DNA from: Vulcanimicrobiota bacterium
Lineage (GTDB): Bacteria; Vulcanimicrobiota; Vulcanimicrobiia; Vulcanimicrobiales; Vulcanimicrobiaceae
Assembly: GCA_963820825.1 (NCBI GenBank)
Contig: CAWGBN010000007.1
Span: 160,001-224,000, forward strand
DNA length: 64,000 bases
Direction of reading: 5' to 3'
Each line of letters begins with the position of its first letter. The first letter of the stretch is position 1. Made by a program: the position numbers and the translations under genes. Positions 1 to 10,010 of the stretch are shown piece by piece. The notes under the pieces are model-generated. The model worked only from the letters and a program-made list of their open reading frames with translations. It made no database searches and had not been told where the DNA came from.

Positions 1-178
1 CGATCTCCACCAGTGTGCAGGATTCAACAATCGTTAGACCGCAGTGGCCAGCAAGACCGCGAATTCCGCCGCTGGCCTGCGTTATGGGTTTTCTATTTGC
101 AATCGCGGGCTTAACCTTCCCCAACTACAACTCAGGAGAGAACCTATCGAAGCACGATAGCTAAGGAGAAAATAACGA

Positions 179-1255
179 ATGCGTTTCTTAACTGCAGCGC
201 TGTCTAGCGCAGTCGCTGTCGCACTCCTCTCGAGCTGCTCCGGCGGCTCGACGCAGAGTACGCCGGTGCCGAGCACCATTGGAGCACAGAACCACTTGCG
301 GAACGGGCATTTCACGCCGCAGTTCTCGAAATTCGCCACTCTCATTCCGGCCGAGGAGCGATCTTGGAGCCCGCAGCGTGTTCTTAGCAGAACCATCGCG
401 CCAGCGACGCTCACGACGGGAATCTACGGGAGCCAGTTCTTCACCGCCGTCATCAACGGCTATAAGAACAGCGGAGCCGGCCCCATTTGCACCCTCGCCG
501 CGAGCTATCCCAATGGCATCGCGGTCGACGGCAAAGGAAACCTTATCGATCCTGACGGCGGCTCGCGCACGGTCATCGTCTACAAAGGTCCCGGCATGTG
601 CGGTTCATCGCTCGGATCGGTCGCCGACCCCTTCGGTCAGCCGTCCGATGCAACGAGCAAAAACGCCAAGACGAGCACGATCGTCGTTGGTAACATTTTC
701 GATACGAGCGGCGCCGGGAGCGTCTCGTTGTGCACGCTCTCGGGCGGGTGCTCGAACCTAACCAACTCAAACATGTACGAAGTCGCCGGCGTCGCCCAGG
801 CCCTTAATGGCGATTGCTGGGCCTCGGCTTCAAACTCCGCGGGAACTGCGACGCTGACCTACTTCAAGCGTTGCTCCGGATCGGGCCAGGCCGCGACGGG
901 TTTTATGAACGCGTATTACGGTGGTCTGGACATCGATAAACACGGCTACCTCGTCTCTATCGATGCGTTCGCCCCGGCGCTGTGGGTCTACAAGGGCTGC
1001 AACCCCACTTGCAAACTGGTCGGCGGACCGTTTGCGCTTCATGGCGACGCGATTTACGGTCGCTTGAACGAGAAGTCGACGCACCTTATTACCGGAGACT
1101 ACGTTAACGGGGCGCTCGACGTCTACAAGTACACCCCGACTCGTCTCACCTACCAGTCCAGCATCACGAACGGCCTTAGTGCAAGCGGCGACGTCGAAGG
1201 CGCGGCTTACAATCCGCGTTCATTGGAGCAGCTTCCAACCCCACCTCCGAGGTAA
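179..1255 (+). CDS. Secreted Cys-rich lipoprotein, NHL/beta-propeller-like
   Basis: AAGGAG RBS upstream; hydrophobic signal with lipobox LSSC; repeated P-x-GIAVD / GLDIDKHG blade-like motifs. Confidence 0.75.
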   Translation: MRFLTAALSSAVAVALLSSCSGGSTQSTPVPSTIGAQNHLRNGHFTPQFSKFATLIPAEERSWSPQRVLSRTIAPATLTTGIYGSQFFTAVINGYKNSGAGPICTLAASYPNGIAVDGKGNLIDPDGGSRTVIVYKGPGMCGSSLGSVADPFGQPSDATSKNAKTSTIVVGNIFDTSGAGSVSLCTLSGGCSNLTNSNMYEVAGVAQALNGDCWASASNSAGTATLTYFKRCSGSGQAATGFMNAYYGGLDIDKHGYLVSIDAFAPALWVYKGCNPTCKLVGGPFALHGDAIYGRLNEKSTHLITGDYVNGALDVYKYTPTRLTYQSSITNGLSASGDVEGAAYNPRSLEQLPTPPPR

Positions 1256-1264
1256 CGCGCAAGG

Positions 1265-1306
1265 AAGGTGAGAAACGGGATGGCGAAATCGCCATCCCGC
1301 CACCTT
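1265..1306. terminator. Hairpin between convergent genes (probable terminator)
   Basis: CGGGATGGCGA-AA-TCGCCATCCCG (1276-1299) extended by AAGGTG/CACCTT; no clear U-tract. Confidence 0.55.
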
Positions 1307-1334
1307 GCCCACCAGAGATTACGAACCTTGGCGC

Positions 1335-1616
1335 TTAGCCGCTACGCGGCGCGTCGATCGCTTCCATCCACTCCCGAACGTACCATCGATCGACGACGCC
1401 GTTGAGCACGAACGGATCGCCGTTGGCGAATCGCTCGGCCGCGTCGCGCGTTGTAAAGATCGCCAACGCGCCTTCCTTCGGATTCGAAAACGGGCCGACC
1501 ATCAGCAGCGTACCGTCGGCGAGGAAGTCTTGCCAGTGCGCCCGATGCGCGGCCCCGTAGATCGGCGCTTTCGCAAGCACGTCGGGTGACGATTCGTAGA
1601 ACAGAACGTACTTCAC
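1335..1616 (-). CDS. YciI family protein
   Basis: 93 aa; AHRAH, GPF and A..F...DPFV.NGVV..W.VREW motifs. Confidence 0.85.
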   Translation of the reverse strand: MKYVLFYESSPDVLAKAPIYGAAHRAHWQDFLADGTLLMVGPFSNPKEGALAIFTTRDAAERFANGDPFVLNGVVDRWYVREWMEAIDAPRSG

Positions 1617-1629
1617 CGGCTGCGCCGCG

Positions 1630-2592
1630 CTACTGTTGCTGCGTGAAGTCCGTCGGAACGCCGAATACGGGGTCGTTCGCAGCGATCGGACGCACGTTCC
1701 CGCGTTCGGTGGAGATCGTCACCGAGTGTCCGCTCTGCGAAAACGTCATCGCATCGAACATCGCGAGCTTGCCGAGCGGAAGCGGCGGACCGCTCTGCTT
1801 GAGGCTGAAGCGCGAACTCATGCCGTGAGCGGCGAGTGCGCGCATAGCGAGCGCGTACTGACCCATCATCGCCATGCCCGCGGCGCCCTCGGCCGGCGGA
1901 CTCTCTCCGCCGCGGGCGCAGTTGAGCGCCGGACTCGCAACGCTCGAGTAATAGGCGAGCAAATTGCCGTTCTGGGTCTCCGACTCGCCCGAAGGCTTCG
2001 TCGTCGTCATGACCAGATCGGAGCGGTATCCCTTCGTGGGCTGACCGTCGACGGTACGCGCGCCGAGCGCGGTGTTGGTCACGGAGAGCGCGATGCGGCT
2101 GCCATCGTCGGAAAACTTCGACGCGCCCGATCCGCCGCCCGAGCCGGAGCTCGACGGCGAGTCCATCGACTCAACCTTGTAGGTCTTATGGCGCATGTCG
2201 AGCGTGGTAATCGTTCGCGCGGCGCAATCGGAGATCGTCGCGGTTAGAAACGCCAACTCATCGATGCGCTCTTTGGTACCGGCAAGATAATGGCGCTGGG
2301 CGGTGCCGGTCTTCATCATCTGCTGCGTGGCTTCGGCCATTGCTTGGGCCCGGTGCATCTGACCGAAGATCCCGCCGCCTCCGCCTTGATCGGGCATCTG
2401 GACCGCGGCCGCGGCGGTGTAGTCGGAACCGAAGTCCCCCGGCTGCACCGACGCCGCGTCGGCATCCATCGAGAACTTCATGACGGTATCCCATGCGAGT
2501 CCATTCGAGGCTGCGGAGGCGGGGATCGGTGCGGCCGCGGGTGCGGCAACGAGCATAGCGAGGGCGGCGACGGCCGCGATATATCGGTGCAT
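1630..2592 (-). CDS. Secreted hypothetical protein
   Basis: Ala-rich signal peptide; C-terminal DPVFGVPTDF resembles LolA-like/DUF4412-type ends. Confidence 0.65.
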   Translation of the reverse strand: MHRYIAAVAALAMLVAAPAAAPIPASAASNGLAWDTVMKFSMDADAASVQPGDFGSDYTAAAAVQMPDQGGGGGIFGQMHRAQAMAEATQQMMKTGTAQRHYLAGTKERIDELAFLTATISDCAARTITTLDMRHKTYKVESMDSPSSSGSGGGSGASKFSDDGSRIALSVTNTALGARTVDGQPTKGYRSDLVMTTTKPSGESETQNGNLLAYYSSVASPALNCARGGESPPAEGAAGMAMMGQYALAMRALAAHGMSSRFSLKQSGPPLPLGKLAMFDAMTFSQSGHSVTISTERGNVRPIAANDPVFGVPTDFTQQQ

Positions 2593-2634
2593 GCAGCGCG
2601 ATTCAACGAGCGAGGCTGCGCCGCCCTGCCGCGC

Positions 2635-3264
2635 CTACATGCTCTGCATCTGCCCCATGCTGTTGAGATGATAGGCCGCGGCGAGATCCTTCATCGCCGT
2701 CGTGAGTATGGCGTGATACTGCGCATCGGCCGCGAGTCCGTACTTGGCGTCGATGTCCTTCATCACTTGGATGTGAATCGGATGCGATACGGCGCGGTCG
2801 AGCATCACTTCGACGTTGAAGCCTTCGCCGGTTTGACCGGCCGACCATAACGCGCCGCAAGCGCCTTACCGTCTTTCGGGTTGGGGTCGGGCTGCACTGG
2901 GCAGCGCGACCTTCTTCTCGGTCACGATGCGCAGCGAGTCGTTGACGACGAAATCAAAGGTCTTGAGGAACTGGCCGACCTGGTCCTTACCGTATTCCTT
3001 CGTCAGCTTCGCAACTTCGGCGTCGAAGAGCGGGCCGGTCAAAACCTTGAGCAGCGTGACGGTGCTGAAGTCCTTCGGACCTCCGCCGGCTTCGACCATC
3101 GACAACGTTACCTTCAGCGCGGGTGCACCGGTGTAGACGCAGCACCAGCCCGAGAAACGCGTCGGTTCGCTCACGACGTTGGGCATGAGGGCGGCCGACG
3201 CGATGCCGCTGCCGAGCAATGAGAGGGCGACCGCCAAGGCGGCGGTCAATCGCAGGTTCTTCAT
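2635..3264 (-). CDS. Secreted hypothetical protein (one frameshift near 2890); probable SigK-like target
   Basis: Signal peptide MKNLRLTAALAVALSLL; reading continues in another frame (PDPNPKDGKALAAALWSAG...HPIHIQVMKDIDAKYG...YH) to TAG at 2635-2637. Confidence 0.65.
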
Positions 3265-3310
3265 GATTTCCTTTCCGAGCGGAAGCTCTTGCGAGGTTCA
3301 TCTCGCAAGG

Positions 3311-3337
3311 AAACGGGCGGATCGGGCGTTTGGATTG
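3311..3337 (-). promoter_or_regulatory. ECF (SigK-like) promoter candidate CAATCC-N15-CCGTTT
   Basis: Same motif and spacing as the site upstream of the sigma gene (4707-4733). Confidence 0.6.
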
Positions 3338-3348
3338 ACCTGCCGGCG

Positions 3349-4129
3349 CTATAGCTGGGTGACGGCGATCGGGGCGCTGGTCGGCTGCTTGGAGCCGCCC
3401 TCCGGCTCGACGCTAACTGCGACCGCGGCGAACGTCGCTCGGCCGATTCGGGCAAGCGAATGACCGTCGACGCCGCCCGGCGCCGGCCGGAACGTCAATG
3501 AGGGCGCCATCTTCTTCGAGCCCTTGGGAAGCGTCCAGGCCTGATAGACCTTGCCTGGCGGCGGCGCCGGGAGCGCGCGCATCGGCAGGTAGAGGCGCGG
3601 TCCGTGAGCGAGTACGTCGCCGTTTCCGAAGCGATAACGCGAGGCGTTGCTCGCCGTGAATCGGCGATTGTTTGACTCTGCTCGGCATTCTGCCGCGCTG
3701 CCGAGTGTTTTGCTCCGCCTGACGCGCGTTCTGCCGCAACTGCGCGGCGATCTCGTCTGGGCGACTCTGCAACTGGTTGCGCAGCGAGAGGTTGCCGAGC
3801 GTGCGTGACGATGGCGATCGCGAGGCATGCCGCCGCCAGCGCGTAGGCCGGCCACGTGCGCGGGCCGGCTTGGAAGCGGCCTCGGCGCGGACTTGCTTCA
3901 TGATGCGCGCCTTGAGCATCGGGCTGGCAACGTCGGCGCCCTGGACGGATCGGCGCACGATTCGGCCGAGTAGGCCACGGCGGTAACCGCCGGCTGAAGC
4001 AGCTTCGTACTCGGCCGCGGCACGCCTCGCACGTCTGCAAATGCGCGCGACCTCGGCCGCCTCCGCCGGGAAAGCAGCGCCCAAGGCGTACGCCGCGACG
4101 CTATCCAGCAGCTCGTCGTGCGAATTCAT
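3349..4129 (-). CDS. Anti-sigma factor, RskA-like (frameshifted)
   Basis: N-terminal HDELLDSVAAYALGA, TM segment WPAYALAAACLAIAIV, C-terminal LPAPPPGKVYQAW and FAAVAVSVEPEGGSKQPT; these parts lie in different frames. Confidence 0.85.
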
Positions 4130-4662
4130 ACCGTTACCGCGCCTTCCAAGGCGTTACGAAGCCGGCGCAGCCCGGTGCGCATTCGCGTCTTGACCGTCCC
4201 CAGCGGGAGCCCGGTCTGCCGCGCGATCTGGTCCTGCGTGATTCCGCCGAAGAAACCGAGCTCGATGAGGCTGCGTTGTTCGTCCGGCAACTGCGCGAGC
4301 GCCGTCGCGGACGAGTTCGCCGTCGAGTCGGGCCAAGGCGCGGTCTTCGAGCGCATCGTCGGCGGGAAGCGCTTCGGGCAGGTCGCTCTCCGAGCGCACG
4401 GCACGGCTGCGCAGCACGTCCACGGCGCGGTTGCGCGCAACGCGGGCCAGCCAGCCGGCGAAGTTGCCGCCGCGAAAGAGTTCGGGGCTCGCTCCAGAGC
4501 TTGAGGAACACCGACTTGGGTAACGTCTTCAGCGCCGGCGGGGTCGGCGAGAACGCGCATCGCGAGTCCGTAGACGAGCCGGTGGTATTCGTCATAGAGC
4601 CGCTCGAACGCGCCGGCATCGCGGGCGCGCACGCGCTCCATGAGCCGGCCGGCTTCTTCCAC
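4126..4662 (-). CDS. ECF RNA polymerase sigma factor, SigK-like (frameshifted)
   Basis: AFERLYD, AEDVTQ.VFLKLW (region 2); LIELGFFGGITQDQIA...PLGTVKTRMR (region 4); overlaps anti-sigma start; start codon uncertain. Confidence 0.85.
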   Translation of the reverse strand: MEEAGRLMERVRARDAGAFERLYDEYHRLVYGLAMRVLADPAGAEDVTQVGVPQALERAPNSFAAATSPAGWPALRATAPWTCCAAVPCARRATCPKRFPPTMRSKTAPWPDSTANSSATALAQLPDEQRSLIELGFFGGITQDQIARQTGLPLGTVKTRMRTGLRRLRNALEGAVTV

Positions 4663-4706
4663 GCGGCCGTCTTTCGCTGAAATTACCTCGGTGCACTTCC
4701 CTCGGT

Positions 4707-4733
4707 AAACGGGCCGCAACGCCGATCAGATTG
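4707..4733 (-). promoter_or_regulatory. ECF autoregulatory promoter candidate CAATCT-N15-CCGTTT
   Basis: Matches 3311-3337 with identical spacing. Confidence 0.6.
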
Positions 4734-4796
4734 CGCGGCTCCCGGCCGCGCGAGGCTACCCCTGATAACGCGATCGGGACGCCGACGCGCGAGAGT

Positions 4797-5854
4797 TTAG
4801 GCGGGCGATGGCGCGGCAGCACGGCGATGCTAGGCGACCGCGCGGCGCGACGTTCGCGACGAGGGTAAAGCGGTCGTTGAGCGCCATCGAGCCCATTTCC
4901 ATGGCGCCAAAGCTATTGCCGATCGCCGTCTCCATGATCGCCCCGCCAGCATCGCGCCGACGGCGAAGAGCCGACGAACGTCCAGGTGACGCGCGGCGGA
5001 AACGACTTGCGGTAGATTGCGATGAGCGGCAATATCAGCAGAGTCACCGTAAATAAAGCTGGTATTGGCGCCCAGCGGAATGCCGGCGTTGGCCAGAAAG
5101 CGGGCGATCGGGAACGTTTCCCATCGAGCAGACGAATGTCGCCACCGCAATGAGCAATCCGACCACCAGCAATAAGACGTAGCCGACGACCGGCACCGCA
5201 GCCGACGGCGTGCAGCGCGGCCGGCCAGCCAGCCCGTTGGAATCAAGGCCGCAGCGAAGCCGGCGATAAGATAGCCGACGACGAGCTCGGTGCGCAGCAT
5301 CTTCACGTCGGCGATCGCCGTTGCGGCAACCGCCTCCCAATCGCGCCGCTCCGGTTCGTCGCCGTGACAATGATGATGCGACTCCTCGCCGGCCTTCGTA
5401 AGTGCGTCTGCAGAACGCGCCAGCTCCGGTCTCGCCTACGAGCAGAGCGTCAGACCGATCGTCACCACCGCGATGATGATGATGCCACCGAAGAACTCGG
5501 CAAAGGCAAACTGCCATCCGAGCAGCGACCAAAAAAGATGAGGATCGCAAGATTCATGTTCGTCGAAGCAATGAGAAAGCTGAAGACTGCGACGCGGTCG
5601 CCGCCGGACCGGTAGAATCCGCGCGCCGCCGCCGCCGCTCCATACGAACAGGCCGACGAGATTATGCCGAATCCGGCCCCGTAGAGGATGCCTTTGAGCT
5701 CCGGGACCGAGGTATCGCTCCATCGTCGCCGGCGTAAGCATGACCTGCGCGATCGCCGAGATCAGAAAACCAAAAACGAGTCCGAAGAGGCTATCCCAAA
5801 AGAACTGGGCCGCTTGCGCGAGCCCGGCGAGCAGGCCGTGAAGAACGGCTCCAT
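4797..5854 (-). CDS. Permease, DUF318/ArsP-like (multiply frameshifted; ends approximate)
   Basis: FFWDSLFGLVFGFLISA, SSACSY, ASTN, FAEFFGG, FVCSMGNVP, SFIYGD fragments across frames. Confidence 0.75.
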
Positions 5855-6605
5855 TATCCGCCGACCGCAGACGGGCGCGTGCCCGAAGAGCGGCGGAATG
5901 TAGTGTCCGGCCAAGTATGAGATGATGAAGACGCCGCACCCGTAGAGCGCGACTTCGACGACCCTTGCGGATCGGGCTTCGTTCGCTCAAGCGTGCCGGC
6001 GTAGAATCCGACCTGAAGAGATCCGACGACGGCAAAGAGCAGCGCCGGCCACGTCGAGCAACGATCGTTGAGACGGGAAGCATGAACGCAACGATCGGCA
6101 GGAGCGATCCGGCACGCGAACGAGACGCTCATCGCGAGCGGCCGCGCGAAGTCCCGCGATCTTCGGCCTCGCGCGGATCGATGCCGAACTCGTCGCGGAC
6201 CATTTCGTAGAGGTAGATGTCGGGATGTTGCGTCAAGCGCCTGACGATCATCTCGGCTTCCTCGGCGCTGAAACCTTTGAGTTTATAGTAGGCGACCTGC
6301 TCGGTAAACTCGCCCTGCGGATCGTCGGCCATCTCGCGTTTTTCGAGATCGATCGTCGCCTGCACGACCTCGCGCTCGACTTTGCGGCCGAGATACTCAC
6401 CGACGCCCATCGAGAGCGCGCCGGCGACCAGCGCCAAGAAACCGCTGATAAAGACGGCCGACCGATCTCCTTCGGCCACGCCGACGCCGGTGATGATCCC
6501 CAGCGTCGTGAGAATGCCGTCCTGAACGCCGAATACCATCTCGCGAATGCTTCGGCGTTTCTCGAGCGTCCGGCGCTGCTGCGTATCGGGAATTCGCGGG
6601 TGCAC
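5854..6605 (-). CDS. VIT1/CCC1 family Fe/Mn transporter (frameshifted)
   Basis: REMVFGVQDGILTT, AGALSMGVGEYL motifs; C-terminal TM part continues in other frames to TAA near 5854. Confidence 0.85.
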
Positions 6606-6749
6606 TCTGCTGCCATCCGGGAACGTCGACGACGACGTTTTCTACCGGCGGCGTCAGGTTGCGATCGCGTCGTGAAGCTCCGCCATGAAGCTCGGAGCGG
6701 CACTGCTTGGAAGCGCTAGGCGTTCGCGCAAGCTCCTACAATCTGCTCC

Positions 6750-8175
6750 ATGGCCAGACTACTTTCGACGTTGGCCGTGCCGCCGGCCTCACATCCGCGA
6801 CGATTCTCCCCGCGCGTGCCGTAATTGGCCGGTCTTTGGCTTACGACCCCTCGCGCAGCGGCTTCAACTCCGCCGAGCGGACGCTCACGGTCGGAAACGT
6901 GCACCGTCTTGCGCGAGAAGTGGCAGATTTCGCTCGTTCGCCGTTGCCGACTCGACACCGATTCTCGTGCAGCACGTTGGTCGGACGCTTCTATCACACC
7001 CTGCTCTTTCAGACGACGCACAGCGGCGAGACGTCGGAATCGATGCGTGTCGGGAAAGATCATCTGGCATTTTACGACGACGGGCCGAACTATACGCATT
7101 CGACCCCCGTCGCCGATCCGTCCGGGAAGACGATCTTCGTTCCCGGCGTCGATGGAAAGATCCACAAGCGTCGGCGAACAACGGCCACGAGATCGCGGCG
7201 GGCGGATTCCCGGCACGGATCACGCGCATACCGGCCACCGAGACGAACGCGTCGCCGCTCAACTGGCCAACGGCTACGTCTACGCACGTTCTCCGGCTAC
7301 GACGGCGACGGCACGCCGTACGACGGACACGTCGTTGCGGTGAAGCTGAGCACCGGCAATACGACCGTCTTGCAACTCGCTCTGCAGCGAGAAGCACAAG
7401 CTGCTCGACGCTGCGGGATGTAGTCGCAGCGCTCGGGAATCTGGGCGCGCGGCGGTGCGGTCGTCGATCCCGATCCTCGATGAACGGCCGCGTCTACGCT
7501 GCGACCGGCAACGGCGACTTCAATGCGAACTCGGGAGGCCAAAACTATGGTGATTCCGTGGTCGCGCTCAGCGCCGACCTTCTGGATTTACTCGGCAGTT
7601 ACACGCCGACCAACTATCAACAACTCCAAGACGGCGACGTCGACCTCGGCAGCACCTCGCCGACGATTCTGCCGCAGCAACCCAGCAGCCAAACGCCCTG
7701 GATGATGACTGAGGGCGGGAAGGATGCCGTCCTGAAGCTGCTCAATCGGGCGGCGTTGCCCGGCGTCGGCAACGAGCTGCAGCTTTTGGACCTGCCGGGG
7801 CCGCTCTTCTCGACGCCGGCCGTCTGGAGCGACGGCTCGAACAATACGTGGCTCTTTATGGGCTTCTCCGACGTGGTCGAAGCCTATCGCTTGGAGACCA
7901 ACGGCTCGGGACAGAGTCAGATCGTCGGGATTTGGCATGCGAGTCCGGCGCAGACCGGCGGCGAAGGCACCTCACCGGTCGTTGCCAACGGTATCGTCTT
8001 CGTTGCATTCGACAACGCAATCGTCGCGCTCAACGCAGTCAACGGCAGCGTGCTCTGGAACAGCTCGCAGCATCCGAAGTCGATCGGCCCCGTACACTGG
8101 CAGAGCCCGATCGTCGCGAACGGCTGGGTCTACTGCTCGGACCAGAACGGCCACCTAACGGCCTTCTCGATCTGA
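6750..8175 (+). CDS. Secreted PQQ-binding-like beta-propeller protein (frameshifted)
   Basis: WPVFGYD..RSGFN, IWARGG, VYAATGNG, DVDLGSTSP, SPVVANGIVF, SPIVANGWVY; TACAAT 7 nt before the ATG at 6750. Confidence 0.75.
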
Positions 8176-8224
8176 AGTCGGCGCGACTCGCCGTCGCGCA
8201 GCGGCCGCTGCGGCGGATCGTCCG

Positions 8225-9019
8225 CTACCATGCCGGTTCGCCGCGCTCGCGCGCGACGAGATGACGCACCGCCGGGATAAACGGCAAGCCGTCGAGCTCG
8301 CTGCGCCGCTGCGTCAGCTCGCGATCTTGAGTTTCGTCCTCCTGCGCAAAGACCGCTTGCGCAAGCTCCGGCCAGAGCGCGACGCTGCCCGAGATGCAGC
8401 CCGCAACCCCGCGGCGTTTCGCCGCGAGCAGATCGCTCTCGGATCCGGGAAAGACCGCCAAGTCTCGGTGCGCGGCGAGGAGATCGCTTTGGAGCGCGAC
8501 GTCGTTCGAGCTATCTTTCAAGCCCGCGATGATATCGGGAAAGCGCCGGAGCAGCCGTTCGACCAGCGCCGGCCGAAACGCGATGCCGCTCATCCGGGGA
8601 AAGTTGTAGAGCAGCACGCGCCAGCGCGGCGGACTCGTCTGCGCGAACAGCGCCTCGAAGAACTCGGCGACTCCGTCGTCGCTCGCATCGCGAAAGAAGA
8701 ACGGCGGCATGACGAGCGCTGCGGTAAATCCGAGCGCGAATGCGCCCCGGGTGAGCGCGACCGCGTCCGCGAGCGAGGCAGCTCCCGTTCCAACCATGAC
8801 CCGCTCCATCGGCAAGCCGCTCGACGCGACCGCCGCCATGTACTCCAAACGCTGCGACGCGCTAAACGACATCGCTTCGCCCGTGGTTCCGAGCAGATTG
8901 ATTCCGTCGCAACCGCGCGCCAGCAACTCGCGATAATAGGGGATTGCGGCCGGCGCATCGGGCACGAAGTCGCGGTCGACCGGAGTGAGGGCCGCCGCCC
9001 AGATGCCCTGGATCGTCAC
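8225..9019 (-). CDS. Dihydrodipicolinate synthase-family aldolase/lyase
   Basis: GTTGE, LYNFP, LKDSS motifs; ends abruptly at AW-TAG, and a PPQRPL-like tail follows in another frame (possible error). Confidence 0.88.
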   Translation of the reverse strand: MTIQGIWAAALTPVDRDFVPDAPAAIPYYRELLARGCDGINLLGTTGEAMSFSASQRLEYMAAVASSGLPMERVMVGTGAASLADAVALTRGAFALGFTAALVMPPFFFRDASDDGVAEFFEALFAQTSPPRWRVLLYNFPRMSGIAFRPALVERLLRRFPDIIAGLKDSSNDVALQSDLLAAHRDLAVFPGSESDLLAAKRRGVAGCISGSVALWPELAQAVFAQEDETQDRELTQRRSELDGLPFIPAVRHLVARERGEPAW

Positions 9020-9945
9020 CGGCTCGGAAAGAACGCGCCTTTGATAAAGAAGGCGACGTTGGCGGGGCGCTCGGCGAGCCGGCGCATGAGATAGGGGAAC
9101 CAGTACTCGCCGTACGGGATCGAGAGGCGTACGCGATAGCCGCGCTCGATCGCTCGGCGCGCCAGCGCCGTCGCAATTCCGTAGAGCATCTGAAACTCGA
9201 ATCGTCCGCGCTTGGGCAGCGCGCGCTCGGCGACGATCGCCTCAACGCGCTCGATGATCTTGGGATCGTGCGTCGCAATCGCGGTGTAGCCCGGATGCGC
9301 GAGCGCCGTCTCGGCCAGCCGCAGGTAGTTCGCGTCGACGTCGGCTTTTCGCGCAAACGCGAGTTCCGCCGGCTCGAGATAGGCGCCTTTAACGATGCGA
9401 AGGTTCGGCGCGAGCGAGAGCATGGCGCCCAGATCCGCGGCGCTGCGATAGAGATACGATTGCAGCACGAAGCCGACGTTTCTATGGTGCTCGCGCAACC
9501 TCCGATAGATCTCCAGCGTGCGATCGACGTACCGCGATTGTTCCATGTCCATCCGCACGGTGTTGTTGCTCTGCGCGGCCGTTGCGGCGATGCGCGACGC
9601 ATTCTCGAAGGCGAGCTCGGGGTCGATGTCGAGGCCGACGTGCGTCAGCTTAAAGGCGACGTTCGCGTCGAGCCCCTCGCCGGCGAAGGCGCCGAGCAGC
9701 CGGCAATACTCCTGCGTCACCGCGGCGGTCTCGTAGCGGTCGCGCACGCTCTCACCCAGGAGCGTCGCCGCAACGGCAAAGCCCTGCGCGTTCGCCGCTC
9801 GCGCCGCCGGCAAGAATTGCGCGACGTTCTCGCCGGCGACGAAGCGCCGCGCGCCGAGGCGCATTCCGTATCGGGTGACCGCACGGCGGACGAGCGCGTT
9901 ATCGGCCGCCGCAAGAATTCCGGCGCGAAGCGGACGATCCAACAT
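9016..9945 (-). CDS. Monofunctional proline dehydrogenase
   Basis: RFVAGE, RMDME, QSYLYRS, RIVKGAY, ATHD, FEFQMLYG, YLMRRLAERPAN. Confidence 0.92.
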   Translation of the reverse strand: MLDRPLRAGILAAADNALVRRAVTRYGMRLGARRFVAGENVAQFLPAARAANAQGFAVAATLLGESVRDRYETAAVTQEYCRLLGAFAGEGLDANVAFKLTHVGLDIDPELAFENASRIAATAAQSNNTVRMDMEQSRYVDRTLEIYRRLREHHRNVGFVLQSYLYRSAADLGAMLSLAPNLRIVKGAYLEPAELAFARKADVDANYLRLAETALAHPGYTAIATHDPKIIERVEAIVAERALPKRGRFEFQMLYGIATALARRAIERGYRVRLSIPYGEYWFPYLMRRLAERPANVAFFIKGAFFPSR

Positions 9946-10010
9946 CGAGCCCACTCAGGCGTACTTCTGCACCCGATAGGAAGCGACTGCATCGGCGGGA
10001 AGGCCCCGGC

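Noticed and set aside
8190..8227. Amber read-through or recoding at the end of the DapA-like gene
   Set aside because: Restoring the tail also needs an indel; it borders an error-rich block, and TAG is a normal stop elsewhere in the window
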